A DNA stretch of 64,000 bases from Anthoceros angustus (lineage: Eukaryota > Plantae > Anthocerotophyta). Both the position numbers and the translations under genes were made by a program. Below the pieces are notes generated by a model. It had not been told where the DNA came from. It did not search any database and was given only the letters and a program-made list of their open reading frames with translations. The stretch is from NCBI GenBank assembly GCA_010909165.1, contig VJWM01000173.1, positions 1-64,000 of the forward strand, given 5' to 3'. Shown one piece after another: positions 35,968-47,475 of this stretch. Each line of letters opens with the position of its first letter. Position 1 is the first letter of the stretch.

Positions 35968-37498
35968 TCAACAAAGAATCTTGTCGTAGACACTGAGCAT
36001 TGTGGCTAAGCGCTCATACTTCTCTTTTGATTCGATTCCCCAGTATCTGGCAACAAAATCGCCTGCTCGGTAATGGTTAAGCTCATCGCCACATGGACTG
36101 TTCAAGTGCCTGCATGACAAGTCCAGAGGGTTAGGGGAGTTCAAGTGCCTGCATGACAAGTCCAGAAGGTTAGGGGAGTAAGGAGAGTGCAGCAGGGAGG
36201 AAGGACGAGTCGATACGTACCAAAATGGAATAATTGCAACATGCTCGCTAAACTCGTCAAAATGCTTCTCCCTGTAAAGTTGGATGGCATCATCTTCAGA
36301 CAGCTTGAAAAACAAGGAAGTCCGGAAGTATTTACACATAACCTCCAAGTACGCCTGTGGAAGAGCAAGCAGGCAGATACCTCTTAGAGATAGGCAAGCA
36401 AGACGGGAAAAGCAAGAGAGGTTGAAGGAGCAGGACCGCAGACCTTGGACCAACTTGTGCTCCTGACAATGAAAACCCCGGTGTCTATTGGGCCATTCAT
36501 GCTGGGTTGAACGTCTCGACCACCCAAGAAGTCAGAAGAGTAGATAACATCTTTGGTCGTCAAGTTGTAATCAGGCGTATTTATGATGCTCTCTATTGTG
36601 ACGGATAGGTTGTGGATCAAAGCATCGGAGTGCATGTGTACCACAATATCAGCAAAGCTTAACACCAGCATCAACGCGTTGGTTTTTGTCCAAGGAACAG
36701 GTGAGAACAAATCCAGGATAGTTGAAACCTCACAATAACGATACCCATGCTTGTATGCATATCCAAGCCTGTTCTTCCGTAATTGCTCTAAGAAGGCCTG
36801 CCATGAACTGGTATCAAACTCACTCTGACGCTGAACAAAACACAGGCTGGCAAATTACGGGGTGGCACTGCCCCTGCCCCTAGCAGTGCAGCTGGAGCAG
36901 CGAGCTGGCTTCGGGAGAAATGCGGCCAGGTCATACAATCTCCTTAAGCTATTTTATGCGGAGCCACACGCAGAACAAGCAAGGGTCCTAACACATGGCA
37001 TAAAAACAAATGATTCGGTGACAGAAGGGCAAAGCAAGCAACGCTGGGCGTGGTGGCACCAGGAAGGCAAAAGTACACACACCTGAGGTAGCCCTGGAGT
37101 GATTGACAGAATGGTGACGTTGCCGATGCCATAACACAAGGAATCGGGCCTCTCAATCCATCTCTGCATCAACTGTGTGCGATTTTCATGATGAGCAGCA
37201 GCCACGCGGACCGGAGTGTAAGATGCACGATCTGATTGTATAAGGAAATCAGCATAAGGGGTCCCAAGCCGCGCCAGGTGCTCTGCAGTGTACATTTCAG
37301 CTCATCAGCCTTGGTTGTGTCAAGCAAAGGTTGTGGGTGGTAGGGAGACAGACCAGTGGCGGAGGGAGCCAGGCGGGATCTGAACTGAGCCAATACGAAG
37401 TAGGCAGAGGCCCCAAGGAGCACGATATAGATGGAGCGGTAGAAACAACGACGCCACAGCGGCCCTCGTGTGCGAAGTCTGCGTTTAGGCGACCCCAT
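35968..37498 (-). CDS. GT34-like (GMA12/MNN10-family) type II Golgi glycosyltransferase, 5 exons
   Basis: Proposed exons: 37294-37498, 37083-37231, 36444-36830, 36221-36354 and 35968-36109 (or -36148). All introns are GT-AG and the frame joins. N-terminal TM segment SIYIVLLGASAYFVLAQF; motifs KNRLGYAYKHGY, PWTKTNAL, HSDALIHNLS, DTGVFIVRSTSWSKAYL, EDDAIQ and YRAGDFV. The first (62-nt) intron has a weak donor. Confidence 0.7.
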
Positions 37499-37589
37499 GG
37501 CAAATGCCACAAGACAACTCCCTGCGTGAGCATTTTGCAACTTAGGGTTAGCTTTGTCTCGGTGACATTTGGTAGCAAGCTTGGAGGAA

Positions 37590-38660
37590 TCCATCTTCTA
37601 AGCTGTCTCCCCATGTACAGTTCATAGACGGCTTTCTTTGTCATTCAAACGCGCAGAGCATCTTCCAAAGGCATAAACGCTAGGATACCTCCTGCACTCG
37701 CTGCTTGTTCTTCTGTTCTCCGTACGACTGTAGTAGTCCATGCCTTCGCATCGTGGGATGTACATACAATGCCTTCGGGGTCCTGTCCTTGGTACATCAG
37801 TCCTTGGGTGAGTAGTTGCCATCGCTGACAGCGTCCGATGCAATGTCAGGAGTCCATGGATATGGAGTCCCTTACAAACGTAATTTCCGTAGCTAGTCTA
37901 GTCCATCTGAGGATGGTTCGCTCACTCACACATCTGGCTGTAGAGCAGTCGGCGCGTGCAGCATCCATGCTCACAGCATACTCTGACGCTGCAACTGTAT
38001 AACCACTAGGTACCAGCGAGGTGCAAATCAAAAGAATTTGGCTATGGCAATCGCTAAGCCTTCTGGCTGCCGATAGGTATGGTGGGAGCGTGGAAATCAA
38101 AACAAACCCGCGGAAGTGTCACAATCATCATGGGTCGATGATGACTCCAGACGTGGGACAGATCCCACTTTCAGTTTGGAAACTACCTTCTCACTCTTGG
38201 GATCCTTCTTTATCCCCAAACACATAAGTACACACTAGTGCGTGACTCCATGCCTGTCTTTCATTAGACCTCCATGACTGCATGTTGCTAGTACGCTAAG
38301 GTATGCCGTTGTGTGGTCCAGATCAAGCACCAGTTCACTGTGTGCTTCACTGGTGTAGCCTGTAACGAGTGCACTCCATTCGAGGAAATCTCTTGCGTTC
38401 ATCTCATCAAATACCTGCCGTGCATCAAGCGCGCATGCTCCCACACTTTCCTTACATGTTGATCAACCTGCAGGCTACCTTCGAGCTCGTTTTCTGTGAT
38501 CTCTGCATGTAACTGCAGCCTTCCCACATGCAAAGCCCCGCATGCCTGCAGGAGGCTCACAAATGTCACAGCATCGGGTACCGCGATGCCTTCCTTGCAT
38601 CCTTGCATAGCACTGTGACGACAGAGGGCCTCGTTTTCTCATGACCTCGTTCTCCGATCC
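37590..38660 (-). pseudogene. PLS-class PPR gene remnant with probable E/E+/DYW tail
   Basis: PDAVTFVSLLQACG (38399-38608) and ARQVFDEMNARDFLEWSALVTGY...YLSVLATCSHGGL (38235-38444) are PLS PPR motifs. TTHP...YIP and DKESRL*TVHGETA (37590-37843) resemble the DYW N-terminus and HSEKLA. Frameshifted. Confidence 0.7.
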
Positions 38661-38759
38661 GCACATCAAGCTGCATGCACAAAGTGATGCGGCGGGTACG
38701 GTTTAAAATGAAATTGTCTGAAATTTACATTTTACATCATGGTTTAGCTTAGTTCGGTC

Positions 38760-40060
38760 ATGTGGCAAGTTTGTTGCACTATCTTGCAACGCAAGTTATG
38801 GATTTGTATTATGCTTAGAAATATGCGTTGTCAACTTCCTACCGTGTCATTGTTAAAATACAATAGGTATTTGGATGAGGTCCTAAAATACAACAGGGAT
38901 TTGGGTGAGATCCTAAAATACAATAAGGTTTTGGGAGGGTCTAAATAGCTTAGGCAAATAGACACACATACTTTAAGAACGCCGTAGTTAAGCGCTCTAC
39001 ACTATAAGCGGGATCTAGATGGGGTACCTAGAGAGGAATGCCTCTAGTGCTAGTAGCCTAGTTTACTCCATGGAGCAAGTCGCCCAGAGTACCGAGTCCC
39101 ATAGCGGCATGCCCATCCAAATAATTTATTTGAAGTCCACTTTTAGTGGACTTCAAATAAATTGTTTGTTTGTTTGTTAGCTTGTTGTAAAGTTCGTAAT
39201 GCTATTTTAAAATTGTGAGTTTGTGAGTTGTTGAGATCGTAATTTTCAATTACAACATAGCATTTGGGCAAGTTCGTATCTAATAAACTTCAAAAGTGTA
39301 CTTTGCAACACCCATACCCATTTACTAAAGTTGTGTCCTATGCATGGGATAGATTTAAGAGGCCACTTCATTACCCAAATTTAAAAGTGAAATAATTTCA
39401 GGTTATATAATTATTTATACAAAGATTGAAAAAAATATATGTTTTCAGTATCCGTGGATAATGTGACAATAGGTTTGTGGTTGTGGTTTGAGAGTACAAT
39501 CACATACCCAATACAGTCGGCCTTCCCTAATTGGGAACTCTATACATGGGATTCCTCTCCAAATGGGACCTCCCATCCTACTCCCTTTAGTTTACAATGT
39601 AATAAATGGGACTTTTCCCTAAATGATAATTGGGACCTTTTGAAACATACATTCATGTTAGTTTCACCTCCCTAAATGGGATTTTTAATTTTTTTACTAA
39701 AAAAAGAAAAAAACAGAAAGAAAAAAGAATCAATTATTTCAGAGCACAATAGATTTTTAGGTGTGATTTGAAGACTCTTAAGCTAAGCTTTTTCCTTTAT
39801 GATAGGTAGAGGTTTTGATGTTGCTTAGAGAGAGTGCTAGCTTTCAAACAACTATATAGAGAAGTGGTAAAAGTTATTTTTAGTGAAACCTATCAATCAA
39901 AATTTTAATTTTTTGGGTATTTTTTGATTTTTTAGAATTTATAATATTTTTATGATTTTTAAATAGGGAAAATATAATCGGGACACCTCCCTTAATGGGA
40001 CCTCTAAAGGTACTCCGAACCAGTCCCAATTAGGGGGGGTGTATTTTGGTATACTCACAT
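38760..40060. other. AT-rich island, possible non-autonomous DNA transposon relic
   Basis: Sharp drop in GC. Three ~28-bp repeats at 38856-38945, an inverted 12-mer CCCTAATTGGGA at 39525-39536 and 40024-40035, and repeated AATGGGAC motifs. No TSD was identified. Confidence 0.3.
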
Positions 40061-40631
40061 ACGTACATACTGACCATTTTCAGCTGTGTACATAAATACC
40101 TATAGTATCTACGTGGGTGCCCAAGGGGGAGACATATGACAATTTGGCTGTCACTGTCGAATACGGAAAGCTATGACAGTTTGGCCTGTCACTGTCGAAT
40201 ACGATCGCCTCCCCGATGAAATATGCAGTACGTACGAATCCCAGTTTGCACGGATTCTCATAACAATGTCGTTCACTCCCGTACACTTTCACGTTTACCA
40301 GTGGAGAGTTTCCTCCGCATATTCATGAGAGCATGTGATCGCCAAGGCTCAGCTTGCAGTTTATAGATCTTTATTCGCTTTCTCCAGGAGCAGTTTTGTA
40401 ACGATTCCACCGACCTTTCCCACTTTCTTTCCAGCATAAAGAAATGCTAATCGTTGTCGTCTGAGATGTCATAAGCGGGAATCCGATCCAGGGTGGAACG
40501 TCCATTCGCTCCCTGGCGTTTGTGAGGTGGGATTTGTGTCGCAAACGCGCTTTTGATCGATCCACTTGGAGCCTCTGCTCTGGCCGCACGAAGCTGCTAC
40601 TTGCCGCGAGTCCGGCCAGCAGCTACACCAC

Positions 40632-42634
<2,003 letters not shown>

Positions 42635-42777
42635 CACAAAACAAACAGTCAGGCCTGTGCTGAGGGGATCGATAGAGCAATATCCACAAGAAGACGCAGT
42701 GATCATCAAAGCCAGAGCTCACCAGCCATAGCGGAGCTGCGATTGCTGCCAGTCGCTCGAGAGATTTATGTCGTTAC

Positions 42778-42926
42778 TAGGGTTTTGGGTTTTTCGCAAA
42801 GGTTTCCCAATGGCAGAAAACGCCAATAGGAATGGAAGTCCTCAGAGAGGGACGAACTCTCTCTTTGGTGTGCTTGCCTGATAGAAACTCGCGAGGGGAT
42901 TCGCATGTTCCCAGGGATTAGGGTTT
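42778..42926. promoter_or_regulatory. Two telo-boxes (TAGGGTTT) upstream of TRM8
   Basis: tagggttt at 42778-42785 and ttagggttt at 42918-42926, 144-292 bp upstream of the ATG. Telo-boxes are known in promoters and 5' UTRs of plant translation and RNA-processing genes. Confidence 0.55.
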
Positions 42927-44720
42927 ATGATGGTAAATCCCACACTCCTCCTGTGGAGACGGAGGCTGAACTATGCTGATGCTTATTTGTGAAAGCCGTG
43001 ACTGGCTGAGATGGCCTCCGCTGCTTATGCAGGCATGAAACTTACAACAGTGTCATGGCGAGGGTTTAGTGCGAGGCCAGTTTGCAACCGGGGCTGTGAT
43101 GCACATGTGGTTGAGCTCCGAAACATGACATGGTCTTCTGCTCGTGGGCCTGGGCCTGGCCTGGCACACAGTCTATCAGTGACTCTCGTTGCGCGCGTGC
43201 AGATGGTGCCGGAAAGAGAAGATGCCCTTGGCAAGTTGTTCAAGAAGAGAAGGGCTGCAGAAACGTGGGTCCCGTTGCAGTGAGCTTGGTAAGGAGTGGT
43301 GGAGCTCCGTCTCCAATGAAAGTAGGAGGAGATGTTTGACGAAGTGCCAGTTCCATCTGGACTGCGGCGGGGACGACGTGGGCGAGTAGGACGACGAGCG
43401 TCAGCGCCACAACTGACATGAGGGGTGGACGGTGGCCGCTGCCCATTGTACCTTCCAGGCGGACGAGCTGTTATGGATACCTATGAGATAATATCTGGAC
43501 AGGGCCAATATTTTATTATGATCGTATCTCTTTCTGAGAGGATACAATATTATTGCCCCTTCCACATTCTTCACATGAGGCCACCCAGCACAAAATCTAG
43601 ATTCTGTTGATTCGAGACGCGGAGCTCCTGCAACTGCTGATGTATGTATGTCAATCTATGTACATGCCCTCTAGCTGTAACATCTACTTTACTGACACAG
43701 TACGGACTACGGACTGACATATGGGCTCGACCCTGGGAGATAAATGGAGCCTGAAAGTTTTGATGGTTCTATCTACATACATGTACGTAGCTTTGAATCC
43801 GGGGAAGAAGTAGAAGTGAAGTAAATCCTCAGGGAGTAGCATCAGGCAAACCTGCTCGACCTTGATCATGCGGCACCTCTGGGAAGAGATTTGTGTCTCT
43901 CTTGAGGGAATGAGGGACCGTTTCTTCGTGCTGGTTGGGTTCACCGGACATAGACTGCCTAAGGTTCAGATCGCTAACTTGCGGTGTATCATGAATGCAG
44001 GAAGGAAATAAAGGCACCCAGATGAGCTGAAGGTGATCGGTGTGATGTGCCGGTGCAAGGATTTTAGTAGCATGTATGGGTGGTTGCACCTTATTGCTGA
44101 CATGGCGAGTTGGCGCTGGTTCACTACCAGCTCAGCTCAGGCTGAGAGATATCCAGTGCATCACAGGATTGGCTTGCAAAGCTGGCCAGAACGTACCCAC
44201 GCAGGACACTCAGGCGTTGACGCAACAGGCTACATACAACCCAGTCTCACATCACAGCAACCACCCAGGCCACCGGCACTTGAAGCTCAGATTGTGCCAC
44301 CCAGCTACAAATTTGTGAAACTTGTGTGGCAGCCATTCTCCATGATGAACTCAGCGAGCCGGCCCTCGCCTTCAGGACACAGCCTTACTCCAAGCCGCAT
44401 TGATGACTGCGCGCGAGAAAGCGAGAAAGCAGCAAATGCTCATGCCGGAAGGGCAGGACAAGCCTTTACACCTTACACATTCACTCACCGATGCCAGAAT
44501 GATGGCAGGAGCCCAAAAGCCGGCAGGCACCAGCCTCACGCATTTGACACCAGCATGACATCACTGAGTGGCCCTGAAGCCGTGCAGGACGAGACAAGCT
44601 GCTCCCTGGAGCTTCATAAGCTTGCCATCTGAACACTGAGCACTGAGAGAAGGTTCCCATCTTGCATCCAACACAACCATGAGGAAGCCGTCCACCAATT
44701 ATACCTCCGGAAGTGGTGCG

Positions 44721-44867
44721 ATGGCGAAGAAACGCACACTGCTGCTCTTGGGCCTGGCAGCGGCCCTGTACCTGATGCTCGTGGCGTCCGGCGAAGGGGC
44801 TCCCCGCGGCGGCAGGCTCCTGCCGAAAGCGGCAGCCTGCGTGCGATGGCGGCGATCGGGAATTTGA
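44721..44867 (+). CDS. Candidate small secreted peptide (48 aa)
   Basis: MAKKRTLLLLGLAAALYLMLVASGEG has a signal-peptide pattern (basic n-region, hydrophobic h-region, small-residue cleavage site), followed by APRGGRLLPK. No family was recognised. Confidence 0.35.
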   Translation: MAKKRTLLLLGLAAALYLMLVASGEGAPRGGRLLPKAAACVRWRRSGI

Positions 44868-45055
44868 GCTCCTTCCGTCGATTGAGGAGAAGCTCGTGCA
44901 AGCTACATAGCTGTTAGGTTAGCATGCAAGCAGCCCCCGCTGCATGCATGTACATATGTATATATGCTATGCCCGGATGATGTTATTCCGGGGTTTCAAC
45001 CAATGATAAACGAAAATTTCACTCGCTGAGAAAAAACTGTGTGAAGCGTCTTCTT

Positions 45056-45140
45056 GATTGTGCGATTGTGCGATTGTGCGATTGTGCGAGTCGAGGAAGA
45101 GGAAGAGGAAGAGGAAGAGGAAGAGGAAGAGGAAGAGGGA
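45056..45140. repeat. Compound microsatellite (GATTGTGC)n followed by (GAGGAA)n
   Basis: Directly visible. Confidence 0.95.
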
Positions 45141-45869
45141 GATGGCGCATGACGCGTGCCAGCTTCACAAGCATCACGACCGAGGGCGGAGTCCGGACAG
45201 GACAGGCGGTGTGGACTGGAGCGCAGACTGTGAGAACGAGGTTGTAGCAGTGGAGTCTGGCAGAGGCTCCGCCGTGCATTAGCGAGCAGCGGTGTGCGGG
45301 GGTTAATGGACATCATCAGGGGCCTGCTGTGCGGAGTGTGTCTGGAGTGTGGCTGGCACGCTGTACTGTACAGGCGTGCGGAACGGACGGTGTTCTGCGA
45401 TGATCCTGGCCAGTCCCGAGGCAGTCCTACTGTGGTACTTTGTTTGCTGGCCTTTGCCAGTTTGGCTGCCTGCGAGAGCTGTCTCCAGTGTGCTTAGGGC
45501 CTGGCAGTGGCAGGCGCAGGCACAAGCACAAGCACAAGCACAGGCAGCTACGGCCGGTGGCGTCACATGAATTGATTAGGCAGAGGGGAGGAGCATGATT
45601 GGCACTGGAGCTGCAGGCATGTGTGATGAGAGCGAGAGAGGACTGGAGTCTGGACTCGGACTCATGACCGACCTCCACTCACGGCCTCGTGTCAGGGTTT
45701 CAAGGTTTACCAGTCTTCGATGAGACACCCGGCATGGGGGGCATGTCGAGGCATGGCACAGGGCAAGGCATGGCATCCAAGTGCAAGAGAGAGGACATGG
45801 CAGGCAGCAGGCTCATCACGGGAGGAGACGGGGAAAAAGGGAAAGGGAAAGGGAAAGGGAATGTTCCCT

Positions 45870-46615
45870 CCCTCTCTCTCGCTCTTGGCTCCGAGTCCTG
45901 TTGTTTCCGCACTCGGGCTCTGCTTGTGTCGCTCCCGAGGTCCGCATGCTGTTGCACCGAATTTGGGTGTAGGCCACGTTTGTAGGCCCCGCAGCACAGC
46001 GCGCTCCTCTGCCTTTCTCTCTGATCTCGCACATACGCCGCGCCCGGCCCCCGCAGCAGTTGCTTTCCTTTCCTGTCTGCCGCAGGTGCGAGCCCGTGCA
46101 GCTGGGCGCACCACCAGACTGGCAGAGAAAGACCGGCAAACACCCGCCTTCAAACATGCCCACCACCAGCACCACCAGCATCAGGAGCTGGGCTGGAGCT
46201 GGAGCTGGAGCTGCGCCCTGCATCCTCCGCCCTCCACTTCCCTCTCTCTCGCTCTTGGCTCCGAGTCCTGTTGTTTCCGCACTCGGGCTCTGCTTGTGTC
46301 GCTCCCGAGGTCCGCATGCTGTTGCACCGAATTTGGGTGTAGGCCACGTTTGTAGGCCCCAGCACAGCGCTCCTCTGCCTTTCTCTCTGATCTCGCACAT
46401 ACGCCGCGCCCGGCCCTGCAGCAGTTGCTTTCCTTTCCTGTCTGCCGCAGGTGCGAGCCCGTGCAGCTGGGCGCACCACCAGACTGGCAGAGAAAGACCG
46501 GCAAACACCCGCCTTCAAACATGCCCACCACCAGCACCACCAGCATCAGGAGCTGGGCTGGAGCTGGAGCTGGAGCTGCGCCCTGCATCCTCCGCCCTCC
46601 ACTTCCCTCTCTCTC
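45870..46615. repeat. Near-identical direct tandem duplication of ~370 bp
   Basis: ccctctctctcgctcttggctccgagtcc starts at ~45870 and ~46240, with a third start fragment at ~46605. The copies differ only by a few small indels or substitutions. Confidence 0.9.
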
Positions 46616-46669
46616 ACACATTGCAGATCCCTTGTCTTCTCGTGTAGTGTGGTCTTGCATCGTGGATGG

Positions 46670-46672
<3 letters not shown>

Positions 46673-46716
<44 letters not shown>
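46673..46716. repeat. (TG)n microsatellite, ~22 units
   Basis: Directly visible. Confidence 0.98.
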
Positions 46717-46720
<4 letters not shown>

Positions 46721-47149
46721 GATACCAAAAGCGCGCCTCCTGACATGGACGGTGAGGTTTGGCAGAAAGGTGAGAAGGCAGCGAGCGGGCATAGCCAGTG
46801 CCACCAGGGCCATGACCAGGACCAGGTAGATGGGCGGGACACTCTCGCAACGGCCCGCCAAGGAAGTAAAGACGGACAACAACATCGCCAGCGATCTGCC
46901 CATCAGTGCAGCCCACCGGTTGAAACACAACCACCATCATCACCCGAACTCGTTGCAACAAGAAACTGCATCGGGATCGGTTTGGGTTGCTAATGCTGCC
47001 AGCCAGCCTCACGCTGCCTGCCTCGTCTGCCCTCTCTCCCGCCATGGCATCTTGTCATCACCTGCGCACAAGAATAATTAATTGCAGCAAAGGGGAATAA
47101 AGAGCAGCAATATAATATAACCCATTCTTCCAGCCAGTCAACCAATATC

Positions 47150-47475
47150 ACTCCTTCGTGCCTGCTCAAGCCTGCCAAACCATTTCTCAGCCTTTTGCTT
47201 ACGCACTTGTGACACAGACAAACTCCACTCCACAATGCCTGCTCAAGCGTACTAAACCATTTCACAGCCTTTGACACAGGAAAATCTCTACGCCACAATG
47301 CTTGCTCAAGCCCACTAAACCATTTCTCAGCCTTCTGCTCACGCACTCGTGTGACACTAGACAGACTGCACGCCACAAAGACAAATTCCACTCCACAATG
47401 TCTGCTCAGGCTTACGTCCTAAACCATTTCTCAGCCTTTTGCTCAAGCCCTTGTGACACAAGACAAACTCCACAC
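47150..47475. repeat. Degenerate ~60-110-bp repeats (TGCTCAAG...AAACCATTTC[T/A]CAGCCTT...TGTGACAC) overlapping the MAPKKK stop codon and 3' UTR
   Basis: aaaccatttc[t/a]cagcc occurs at ~47178, 47255, 47317 and 47421. Confidence 0.8.

Noticed and set aside
43011-44632. A plus-strand spliced gene divergent from TRM8 (90-aa and 199-aa ORFs)
   Set aside because: I could not assemble a consistent open exon chain or recognise any domain.
45700-46993. Multiple 120-250-aa overlapping ORFs
   Set aside because: They arise from the GC-rich 370-bp duplication and microsatellites and show no family motifs.
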